Positions 48,917-58,221 of a DNA stretch of 64,000 nt are shown here, one piece after another. A program made the translations under genes and the position numbers. Each line of letters starts with the position of its first letter. Positions within the stretch are counted from its first letter, which is position 1. Where the stretch lies: contig JAJZZM010000015.1 in NCBI GenBank assembly GCA_021797555.1, positions 2,110 to 66,109 on the forward strand, given 5' to 3'. A model generated the notes under the pieces. The model searched no databases, was not told the origin of the DNA, and worked only from the letters and a program-made list of their open reading frames with translations. This DNA comes from Thermoplasmata archaeon (GTDB lineage: Archaea; Thermoplasmatota; Thermoplasmata; Thermoplasmatales; Thermoplasmataceae).

Positions 48917-50791
48917 TTATATCCTTTTCTCTATTACAGTAAATTTATTATGCAATTTTTTTAAGTTGTTTGTATTCATTTTAGCATCAAAATCTTTTAT
49001 AATATAATATAATTCATTATATTCATTTTTATTTAAATATCTATAATTATATGATGGTATTTCATTTTTGTTATACAATTTTTTAATATATATTTTTGCT
49101 TCTTCCGGCAATAAATCTATTATATCAATAAAATTTTTGTTTTTTAAATTTTTATATAAATCATTATCTATTAGAGATTCCATTAATAATGCCCTTAAAA
49201 TATTATTTTTAAAATCAGGCTGCATCCCTATTTTTTTGCTGTTAACCCTGCCATAAATATATATTTTTCCACCAGTCATTCCTGAACCTATATATTTGCC
49301 GGAATATTTATTATTAGATAATACAGTTATAACACCGCCTGACATATACTCACCTAAATAATCATCAAATCTTCCATTTATTACTATATATGGAATATTA
49401 TCATATGCCCTGAGCTGAATTCCGCATCTGTTGCCAGCATCCCCCTTTATATATATCCTGCCATTATTCATTGCCTGGCCCAAAACATCGCCCGCACTGC
49501 CATATATTTTAACCTCGCCGCCTGACATTGAATCACAGCAGTCATCAGCAACATTGCCGTAAATATTTGCATTATTATTCTCATTTAAGTTCATCAGGCA
49601 GTTGCCAGCATTGCCATATAGATCTAAATTATAATTTTTATTAAAAATTTTAATTCCTATATATTTATGGCCTGTAACATTTTTTATTTTTATATCTTTT
49701 TTATTTAATTTTAATATTTCATTGTCTAATTTATTGTAATCTATATTATATGCATCAATATCATAATTATTTATATCATAAGTTTTTGAATATTTTATAT
49801 TTTTCCTTCCTGAATTTATTAAGCCTTTTTTTAAGGATGCTATAAAATATGAATCAGGCTCTAATGTCCATATCCTGGCATTTTTATTTATTAGTTTTAT
49901 TTCTTTTTCCTCACTTGCTATATAATAATTATTTTTATCCTCTCCCAAAATTACTGGCCTTAATTTTGTTTTATCTGTTAATCCTATTAAATATAAATCA
50001 CTGCCATCATCATAGCCTATAATAACTGTATATGGCCCATCAAGGACATAACCACGGTTTATATATTTTATATATTTATCATTAATTTTATTATTCATAA
50101 TTTTTATTGAGGTTACCAAATCATATTTTTTTAATAATTCCCTGAATATATATGATATAACCTCGCTGTCTGTGCCGACAAAGCTTTTTATTCCATGGTT
50201 TTTCAGGGATTCCCTGTTTGCGCCGAATGAACTTATGTCACCATTGTGTATTATTGCAATATTAAATGTGGAAAATGGATGTGACCAGTATGGTTCGTCT
50301 CCAGGAGAATTTGTTGGCTGCCTTGTATGTGCAAGCCATAAATCACCTTTCATATTATCTATATGGTATTCATCGGAAACATCTAAAGGATACCCGACAC
50401 CCTTGAAAACATTTAAAGATGTGCCTGAGCTATAAATTCTTCCCGATCTATTTTTCCATAAAAGATAATTAACATTATCTATTAAATTTAAATCAATAAC
50501 ATCAAGGTTATAGCAGTAACTCTTTACATTATTATTATTTTCAACATAATAATTACTTATATCAAATTTTTCTGATATTATTTTATTTAGTTTTTCTTCA
50601 TCTCCATTATAAAAAATCTTAATCTTATAATTATTGTCATTTAAATTGAATACAGCATAACCTGATCCCTTGTCACTGCCACGGTATTTTATTGAATCCA
50701 ATGAATTAGAAACAATTTTCCCTGATATTTTTTCGGAATCATTTCTCCTTAAAATAGCCAATAATCCACATGAAGAGGGATAATAATTCAT
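48917..50791 (-). CDS. archaeal-type glutamate synthase subunit: class-II glutamine amidotransferase domain fused to GXGXG beta-helix domain
   Basis: N-terminal MNYYPSSCGLLAIL (nucleophile Cys after a 7-residue leader) and HTRQPTNS. The C-terminal part carries GNAGNCLMN...GNVADDCCDSMSGGEVKIYGSAGDVLGQAMNNGRIYIKGDAGNRCG repeats. Confidence 0.8.
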   Translation of the reverse strand: MNYYPSSCGLLAILRRNDSEKISGKIVSNSLDSIKYRGSDKGSGYAVFNLNDNNYKIKIFYNGDEEKLNKIISEKFDISNYYVENNNNVKSYCYNLDVIDLNLIDNVNYLLWKNRSGRIYSSGTSLNVFKGVGYPLDVSDEYHIDNMKGDLWLAHTRQPTNSPGDEPYWSHPFSTFNIAIIHNGDISSFGANRESLKNHGIKSFVGTDSEVISYIFRELLKKYDLVTSIKIMNNKINDKYIKYINRGYVLDGPYTVIIGYDDGSDLYLIGLTDKTKLRPVILGEDKNNYYIASEEKEIKLINKNARIWTLEPDSYFIASLKKGLINSGRKNIKYSKTYDINNYDIDAYNIDYNKLDNEILKLNKKDIKIKNVTGHKYIGIKIFNKNYNLDLYGNAGNCLMNLNENNNANIYGNVADDCCDSMSGGEVKIYGSAGDVLGQAMNNGRIYIKGDAGNRCGIQLRAYDNIPYIVINGRFDDYLGEYMSGGVITVLSNNKYSGKYIGSGMTGGKIYIYGRVNSKKIGMQPDFKNNILRALLMESLIDNDLYKNLKNKNFIDIIDLLPEEAKIYIKKLYNKNEIPSYNYRYLNKNEYNELYYIIKDFDAKMNTNNLKKLHNKFTVIEKRI

Positions 50792-52854
50792 AATGATCCG
50801 GCCTCACTTAAATTTAATATTTTTGATATATTATTGTCTAAATTTACCGACCTTAATAATTCTATATTTCCTGTCAATGAATTCTGCATATTTGATATTC
50901 CCATTGCACCACATAATAATGACAATTCCTTTTTTACTCCAATTATAAAATTTAAGGCCTTTTCATTTATATTATTTTGATTTGCCAGGCCATATTCAAA
51001 AATTTTTGATGGCAAAATAACGGCATCTGCACCCAATGTCATATATTTTGCTATATCCCCGGTATTCCTGAATTCATTGATATATAATAAAATATCATAT
51101 CTTTCCCTTTTATTTTTTAAATTATTCTTTAATTTGGCAATTTTCAATAAATCATAATCATTTATTATATATCCTGAAGCGTTTTTATTTTTATAATCAA
51201 ATGTATAAATATAATTTTTATATTTATAAAAAGTATCATATTTTAATAATGTGATATTTTTATATTTATTTTTTATTCTATCGTTTATAACCAATGTATT
51301 CATAAGCGATGATGCAAATAGTATTCCATTTTTTATTTCATCATTAGAATTGGAAATATCAAAAATAACGGGCAATGATAAATTGATTTTTCCACTGCAC
51401 ATATTAATGTTCAGGTTTATTGCTTCACGGTAGGGGTCTATAGAAGGCCTTGTAACCTGTGATCCGTCAAGCATTAAAAAATCAATGATCCTTGATGGCT
51501 TTACAACATCCGGTGGTGCATTGCTGCCCATGCCAGTTATTTCAGGTTCTCCCTTATTAATTAAATTATTCAAATATTTTTTATCAGGTATAAAATCTCC
51601 CTGCTTATAATAAGTATTTTTTATATTTTTATAATCAATATCTAAAACGTTTAATGTGTTTCTGGATAAATTATTTCCTATTAACAAATCCTTATTTCCT
51701 ATTAATTCATTTATATTTTTTAAATTTAAATTGTCTAAAATATTTTCTATTTCTATTTTGAATCCTTTTATAAAATTTATTATATTATTAACACCAAAAT
51801 CAATATCAAATAATTTTCTGTTGTCTGTTTTATTTGTTAATGCCGCAGGGCAGTAGCCAAGATTGCATTTTCTTACCATTATGCATCCCATTGCTATTAA
51901 TATTGATGTGCCTAAACTTACAAAATCTGCACCAAGCGCATATAATTTTGCAGCATCTGTTGAATTTGAGACCCTGCCGGCGGCAATAATTTTGAAGTTT
52001 TTTCTTAATTTTTCTTTTAATAATATATTATGGGATGATGCGACAGCTAATTCTACCGGTATTCCTAAATTATCCCTTATAGCCAGTGGCGTTGCACCTG
52101 TCCCGGCACCATGCCCATCAATAATAACGCCATCTGCACCTGACCTTGCTATTCCTGTTACAATATATGGTATATAATTTGTTGCAGCAACCTTAACAAA
52201 TACAGGTTTATCAGTCAATAATTTTAATGCTTCCACTCTCTGTGATAAATCCTCTATTGAATATATATCGTGATGCGGTGCAGGTGAAATTGCATCCGTA
52301 TTTTCTGGAATTTTCCTCGCTTTGGAAATGTTATACGTTACCTTATCCGCAGGCAAATGGCCTCCTATTCCTGGCTTTGCGCCCTGCCCTATTTTTATTA
52401 CTATTCCTGATCCTGCATTTAGGGTTTCTGCTGTTACACCGAACCTTGCAGAAGCCCACTGAACAAATATTCTTTTATATGATGATATATCCTTATACAG
52501 GCCACCTTCACCGGTACCTGACATTGTTTTGGTGATTTCAGCGGATTTTGCTATTGCAAGATTCGGGTTTCCGCTTAATGCTCCATATGACATATCGCCT
52601 AAATATAATGGGACAGACATTTCCATATCTGCTAAATATGATTTGGTATTGCTATGTGTATTTAATGTAATTTTATCATTATTCATTTTAAAATTTACAT
52701 TATCAAGTATCCTTAAACTATTATTTTTTATAAATATTTTATATGGTTCACCAGTATCTGCAAGTTCCCTTATGTGGTTAATTTTATCAAATGACCAGAA
52801 ATCCGGTTCTTTCTGTAATGGTATATTCATAAAATTATTTACTATATTATTCAT
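50788..52854 (-). CDS. gltB: glutamate synthase FMN-binding (GltB domain-2-like) subunit with extra C-terminal ~290 aa
   Basis: MSYGALSGN, GTGEGG, KIGQGAKPGIGGHLP, DGHGAGTGATP and CNLGYCPAALT. There is an ATGA overlap with the downstream subunit. Confidence 0.85.
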   Translation of the reverse strand: MNNIVNNFMNIPLQKEPDFWSFDKINHIRELADTGEPYKIFIKNNSLRILDNVNFKMNNDKITLNTHSNTKSYLADMEMSVPLYLGDMSYGALSGNPNLAIAKSAEITKTMSGTGEGGLYKDISSYKRIFVQWASARFGVTAETLNAGSGIVIKIGQGAKPGIGGHLPADKVTYNISKARKIPENTDAISPAPHHDIYSIEDLSQRVEALKLLTDKPVFVKVAATNYIPYIVTGIARSGADGVIIDGHGAGTGATPLAIRDNLGIPVELAVASSHNILLKEKLRKNFKIIAAGRVSNSTDAAKLYALGADFVSLGTSILIAMGCIMVRKCNLGYCPAALTNKTDNRKLFDIDFGVNNIINFIKGFKIEIENILDNLNLKNINELIGNKDLLIGNNLSRNTLNVLDIDYKNIKNTYYKQGDFIPDKKYLNNLINKGEPEITGMGSNAPPDVVKPSRIIDFLMLDGSQVTRPSIDPYREAINLNINMCSGKINLSLPVIFDISNSNDEIKNGILFASSLMNTLVINDRIKNKYKNITLLKYDTFYKYKNYIYTFDYKNKNASGYIINDYDLLKIAKLKNNLKNKRERYDILLYINEFRNTGDIAKYMTLGADAVILPSKIFEYGLANQNNINEKALNFIIGVKKELSLLCGAMGISNMQNSLTGNIELLRSVNLDNNISKILNLSEAGSL

Positions 52855-52948
52855 GGTAATATGAATGATAATATCTATCTATATATAATTTTTTATTAAT
52901 TGAATATTAATTATTTTTAATAAGAAATTATGATTCGTGGTTATATTT

Positions 52949-53467
52949 CTACATTATTTGTTTAAAATATACATCAATATTATAATTTTCGTCCATAGAA
53001 AATTTATATTTAATTAATTTTATATCTATATTTTCTATTTTATCAAGTGTATTTATTTTCATTGCACGTTTAATTACCCTGTAATATGTTTCAATATGAC
53101 CCCTCTGTTTATGTATGTTCGCAACACATAATAGTATTATAAACTGGTATGTTTTCTTGATTATTCCATTTTTATTGCGCCATATATTCTCCAGAACCTC
53201 GTGAGCCTCCCAGTATCTCTGATTTGAAATAAGATAAATTGCATAGCTGACTGAATCAATATTTTTTAAATTGTTTACATATATTTTTTGATAATAATCT
53301 TTTAAAAGTGATTTTATTTTAATGTTTATTTTATAATAGGATGCTATTTCTACATGGTTATCTGCTATCCTTAGATCATATATATTGCCATCAAGCATTT
53401 TAAAAAATTTTAATTTATTATCCCTGCAAATATTTTCCATTTTTATGTTATAAATATAAATGAACAT
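52949..53467 (-). CDS. DUF309-like protein
   Basis: QRYWEAHEVLENIWRN is the conserved DUF309 core. The likely start is the internal Met (MENICRDNK). Confidence 0.5.
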   Translation of the reverse strand: MFIYIYNIKMENICRDNKLKFFKMLDGNIYDLRIADNHVEIASYYKINIKIKSLLKDYYQKIYVNNLKNIDSVSYAIYLISNQRYWEAHEVLENIWRNKNGIIKKTYQFIILLCVANIHKQRGHIETYYRVIKRAMKINTLDKIENIDIKLIKYKFSMDENYNIDVYFKQIM

Positions 53468-53495
53468 AATAAATAAATTTTATATTGTATATAAA

Positions 53496-54422
53496 TTAAT
53501 TTATTGAATAGCTTTTTATTACGTCCTGCTTAAATGCCTTATATGCTATGGGTGTCATTTTATATTTTATATTTGTATGGTCTATAAATGAATCTATAAG
53601 CCAGGATGGCACTGTGCTTATTATATAACCTGCAACACCCATTATTTTATCTATGTTATCAATTTTTATTTCGGAATTTTTATAATCTCTCATATATGAA
53701 TTTATTATATTTATTTCATTGGTAAATGACCTCAGTGTTCTATTTATTATAATTAAATAAAATAGGTCTCTTTTATATTTATATATCAATGGGTACTGCC
53801 TTATAAACTCATTTATTTCAGGAATTACTCCTATAGGCAATGATTTTACAACCATGCAAAAATTATCTATTCTTCTATTTACATGGCATTCAAGATGTTT
53901 TTTGTATTCATATAAATATATATTTTTATTGCATAATCTGCATGTCATTGTTTCTGACATATTCGGCATGAACTTTTTTATTATATTATTTATATAAAAA
54001 TTTGTGCTCTTTATTATTTTATAATTAATATCATACAATATTTCAAGAGAATCATTAATTTTATTGATCCCTTCTATTTTTATTGCTATCTGGTAGTCAG
54101 CCTCAGTTTTACTTATATTTTCAAGGTCCAATCCATTTTTTTTGCCTATATAATGGATTTTTTTATTTAAATAACTATCATAAATATCCCTTTTAAAGTG
54201 TGTTTTTTCGAAGAAATCATCTATATAATCGGTTATATCATACATATCATATAACTGTACATATGCTATAATGTAATCCATATTTCCGTTATCATAAAGT
54301 TCTATCTCATCATTTTTTATTACAATATTACCGCAATCTAAGTTCTTTGAAAAATATGAGCCCAAATTATATGACATTATAAATTCAAATCCATATTTTT
54401 CTAGATATTTACATGTTTTCAT
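53496..54422 (-). CDS. hypothetical protein with a C2HC/C2H2-like site
   Basis: 308-aa ORF. CRLCNKNIYLYEYKKHLECH is the only motif-like element seen. Confidence 0.5.
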   Translation of the reverse strand: MKTCKYLEKYGFEFIMSYNLGSYFSKNLDCGNIVIKNDEIELYDNGNMDYIIAYVQLYDMYDITDYIDDFFEKTHFKRDIYDSYLNKKIHYIGKKNGLDLENISKTEADYQIAIKIEGINKINDSLEILYDINYKIIKSTNFYINNIIKKFMPNMSETMTCRLCNKNIYLYEYKKHLECHVNRRIDNFCMVVKSLPIGVIPEINEFIRQYPLIYKYKRDLFYLIIINRTLRSFTNEINIINSYMRDYKNSEIKIDNIDKIMGVAGYIISTVPSWLIDSFIDHTNIKYKMTPIAYKAFKQDVIKSYSIN

Positions 54423-54484
54423 TAAAATTTACATACCATAGATATAATAATTATTTATGAATAAATTCTAAGAATATTAATTAC

Positions 54485-54753
54485 TAACATTTAATATAAA
54501 TGTGGATGAATTCCTATAATAAAATATTTATATAATATATTTTAATAACATCAAATAATAAGAGGAATAATAGAAGCACTTAAATTAAGGCTTCAACTCT
54601 TATAAATAAAATACCTGCGGAGTGCTTAAGGGAATATAAGCCTGTGGAGATTATTGCCTCTGCCCTTGAAGGACTAAAAGCCCGTATGTAATGGTAAGCA
54701 ATGGTCAATGAATCATGAAGCCTCTATGCTTTGGCATGAGATATCTTACTCAC
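54485..54753 (+). mobile_element. 269-bp internally deleted (MITE-like) copy of the 8754-10343 tnpB element
   Basis: It starts right after TTAC (54481-54484). It contains left-end pieces (atgtggatgaattcc, tatttatataatat), a short tnpB-internal piece (ggaataatagaagcacttaaattaaggcttcaac, compare 9928-9962) and the full right end (acctgcggagtgcttaagggaatataagcctgtggag...ggcatgagatatcttactcac). Confidence 0.75.
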
Positions 54754-54944
54754 GGAAAATATCATATGTTCTCTATTATTTCCTATAATTACTTTATAAA
54801 TTTATATATTTTTTATTTACCGTCATTTTTATATGGATCAAGGTGTAACAATATTATTGCCATGCAATGAATTGTGTTATGTTTTATGTTTTATACTAAA
54901 CTAATATACATACATTTTTATATATAAATAAAATAAAGATAATA

Positions 54945-55871
54945 ATGTTAATAAACAGCATACACAGTAAAATAGATATGAAATGTAAATTATATATAAA
55001 GGTCGAATCATACATTTTCAGGATTTCTTCAGTTCATGATATGGTTATGCCAGTGTTTTTAACTGAATCTAACAATGAATTATATTTAAGGGTGTTTATT
55101 GAAAAAAATAATATGGTTGTTGCCATGAAAAATTTAATGGGCTTTATTGAATCGGAGGAAAGGAATAATTATTATGTGTTAACCGAAAAAATATTTGATA
55201 GCAATGTTAAGGAACTTATTGACGCATTATTTAAAATTCCTAGTGTGATTATGGCAGAGCCATCAATTGAAAATGGCAAATTAGTTATAGAATTCAGATT
55301 TCACCACAATTACAGCAAAAAGGTAAGTGATGTATTGTCATTAAAAATTATGAAGCCATTATTTATAGATAAAATTGAATATCAACCAGCAGAGGATATT
55401 TTAACAATGTTAATGAAAAAGAATGAAAAAAAGAAAATATCTGTGATAAAATATAAAATCCCTATTGAATCATATGAAGATAAAAATCTTATAGATGCCG
55501 TAAAAAAACATAATGTAATAGTTGAAATAATAGATTCATATAAAAATTTAGATTATTTTAATACCATAGTTTATTCAGATGATAATATTGATGGTCTCAC
55601 AAAAATAGCGGATAATATATATTATACTAAAATTAAAACAGTAATGCTTGAAAAACTCCGGGAAAAAGCTAATAGTATAGGTATTTATAGGGATGCCATA
55701 TTTGGAACAATTGAGGGTAATTACATAGTAATGACTGCATTTTTATCAGCATACAGGGCAATAGATTATATGAAAATATTGTTCTCAAATTCATATGAGC
55801 TTGCAGGTAAGAACACAGTATCGCTTGATATTGTATGTCAACTTAGTAATGATATCTATAAATATTTATAA
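54945..55871 (+). CDS. uncharacterised protein, paralogue A
   Basis: 308-aa ORF, roughly half identical to 55938-56861. A TATA-like atttttatata lies about 25 nt upstream. No domain recognised. Confidence 0.7.
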   Translation: MLINSIHSKIDMKCKLYIKVESYIFRISSVHDMVMPVFLTESNNELYLRVFIEKNNMVVAMKNLMGFIESEERNNYYVLTEKIFDSNVKELIDALFKIPSVIMAEPSIENGKLVIEFRFHHNYSKKVSDVLSLKIMKPLFIDKIEYQPAEDILTMLMKKNEKKKISVIKYKIPIESYEDKNLIDAVKKHNVIVEIIDSYKNLDYFNTIVYSDDNIDGLTKIADNIYYTKIKTVMLEKLREKANSIGIYRDAIFGTIEGNYIVMTAFLSAYRAIDYMKILFSNSYELAGKNTVSLDIVCQLSNDIYKYL

Positions 55872-55937
55872 ATTATAATAAATTATATAAAAATTTAAAG
55901 TGAAATCATTTTTATACATCAATGCAATTAAAGTATA

Positions 55938-56861
55938 ATGTTGTTAAACCAGATAAAAAATCAATTAGATAGAAAATGCAAATTATATATAAATATGCCA
56001 TCATATATTTTTAGGATTGCAAAGGTTCATGATATGAAGATACCTGTATTTTTAAGGGAATATGATAATAATATATACTTAAAGGCTTTAATTTATAAAA
56101 ATTCAGAGGATTCAAATTTGGTGGAAAATTTAATGCCATTTCTTGAATCGGAGGAAAAGGACAATTATTACATTATAACTGAAAAATTAAACAGTGATAG
56201 TATAAAGGAACTTATTGACAATTTATATAGTATAAAATCACTTTCACTAGGATCCACGTCAATTGAAAATGGCAAATTAGTTATAGAATTCAGATTTCAT
56301 CACAATTACAGCAAAAAGGTAAGTGATGTATTGTCATTAAAAATTATGAAGCCATTATTTATAGATAAAATTGAATATCAACCTCTAGATAATTTATTTT
56401 CATTATTTTTTCAGGAAAAATTGCCTTTATGTGTTGTAAGATATAAAATACCATTAGGAATATATAAAGATAATAGCATCATAAATACAATAAAAAACCA
56501 TAAGGCAGTGGTAGAAATTTCGAATACATGTATGAATACAGAACTTATCAACGCTATTGTATTTTCAGAAGATGAAATATATGAATTTGATAAAATAGCT
56601 GATAACATATATAGTTTAACATTAGAAACCAATTTATTGAGTAATCTAAGAGAAAAGTTAGGTAATATAGCACTTCAAAGATATGGGATATTTGGGGCAG
56701 TTAACGATAATTATCTTGTTGTAACTGTTTTTGTTCCATCATACAGGTCATTAGATTATATTAAAACAATATTATCAAATCTCTATGAATATAATGAAAA
56801 AAATACCATATTGCTTGATATTGTAAAACCGTTAGATAAGAATATTATTAATTACATTTAA
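55938..56861 (+). CDS. uncharacterised protein, paralogue B
   Basis: 307-aa ORF. It shares the exact peptide SIENGKLVIEFRFHHNYSKKVSDVLSLKIMKPLFIDKIEYQP with paralogue A. Confidence 0.7.
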   Translation: MLLNQIKNQLDRKCKLYINMPSYIFRIAKVHDMKIPVFLREYDNNIYLKALIYKNSEDSNLVENLMPFLESEEKDNYYIITEKLNSDSIKELIDNLYSIKSLSLGSTSIENGKLVIEFRFHHNYSKKVSDVLSLKIMKPLFIDKIEYQPLDNLFSLFFQEKLPLCVVRYKIPLGIYKDNSIINTIKNHKAVVEISNTCMNTELINAIVFSEDEIYEFDKIADNIYSLTLETNLLSNLREKLGNIALQRYGIFGAVNDNYLVVTVFVPSYRSLDYIKTILSNLYEYNEKNTILLDIVKPLDKNIINYI

Positions 56862-57083
56862 TTAATGCATTAGCAGATAATATAATTTATTTTAAACATT
56901 GCACATATTATTTTTACATTATAAATATTTATATTGGTTTATATAATTATTAAAGTAAATATATGGAAGACCTAAAAATATTATATGATTATGGGTTCTG
57001 CAACTATTTGAAATATATATAATATAAATATTAAATATAATTTCGAAACTATTATATTACTGCACAAAATATAGGCTTATATT

Positions 57084-58220
57084 ATGGCATTGAATATAAA
57101 TATAGATCATATCAAAAAAATGGTTTACGATAAATTCTCTATCAATGTAAACAATGTAGAAAATAATGTAGAAGTTCAGGGTACTCTGCTTTCACACAAA
57201 TTTGATTATATAGCATCAAACAGTGAAAAAATCGCCATTAAAATTATTGATAGTTTGGATGCAACATCAGAAATAATGGCATTTCATTCTGAATTAGAGG
57301 ATTGCAATATTAATAATAGTATGATAATAGTAAATAGGGAACTAAGTGCCAATGAAATAAATATTTTAAAGGCATATGATATTAAAATATCGGATTATAG
57401 AAATTATTCAGGTTTGAGCTACCGTTTTAGATTTGGCATTCCTGATCTTGATATGCAACTTTTTGGTGGCCTGCGGTCTGGTTTTGTTTATTTAATATCA
57501 GGTAAAGCCGGTTCAGGAAAAACTACATTATCAAGCATGTTCCTTTCGGAAGGTGCAAAAAATGGCCAGAATGGAATAATGATTTTAACAGACACATTTC
57601 CGGAAGAGTATTTAAATAATATAAAAACAATGAATATAAATTTTTATGAAAATTATAAAAATGGAATAATAGACGTTATAGAAATTTCAGATCAGATAAG
57701 ATCCATGAAAATTGATGTATTAAATCAGAAAACAGATTTCAGGAAGTTCATAACAAAAATAATTTCTGAATTAAAGAAACTTATAATATCAAAAAATATA
57801 AAAAGAGTGGTTATAGACCAGGTAACCTTGCTTTTGATGCCAAATGATGATTATATAAATTTATTTATAAACAGCCTTGCAATGAATGATGTAATAGTAA
57901 TTATAACAAGTGGCGTACGTGCTTCAGATTTTAGTGTTTTTGGTGTTGAAGAAAATTATGTAACAGGCATAATCAAATTAGAATATAAACTAACAGATAC
58001 AGGTATGGAAAGAACTATGAGGATACCAAAAATGCGAGGGTCGCAGTTCAATCCAATGCCTATGAAATTTAATATAACTTCAAATGGCATAGAAATAATA
58101 TCAAACGAGGCAAATAATAGGAATAACTTTGATGATTTAGAAAAATTATATCCATACAAAGATAAAAAAAATGATGATTTAATAGATAGCAATAGCTTAT
58201 TCAAACAATTTAGGGGATAA
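57084..58220 (+). CDS. KaiC/RecA-superfamily ATPase with an unassigned ~120-aa N-terminal domain
   Basis: FGIPDLDMQLFGGLRSGFVYLISGKAGSGKTTLSSMF (Walker A, KaiC-like context) and Walker B VVIDQVT. Confidence 0.75.
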   Translation: MALNINIDHIKKMVYDKFSINVNNVENNVEVQGTLLSHKFDYIASNSEKIAIKIIDSLDATSEIMAFHSELEDCNINNSMIIVNRELSANEINILKAYDIKISDYRNYSGLSYRFRFGIPDLDMQLFGGLRSGFVYLISGKAGSGKTTLSSMFLSEGAKNGQNGIMILTDTFPEEYLNNIKTMNINFYENYKNGIIDVIEISDQIRSMKIDVLNQKTDFRKFITKIISELKKLIISKNIKRVVIDQVTLLLMPNDDYINLFINSLAMNDVIVIITSGVRASDFSVFGVEENYVTGIIKLEYKLTDTGMERTMRIPKMRGSQFNPMPMKFNITSNGIEIISNEANNRNNFDDLEKLYPYKDKKNDDLIDSNSLFKQFRG

Positions 58221-58221
58221 T

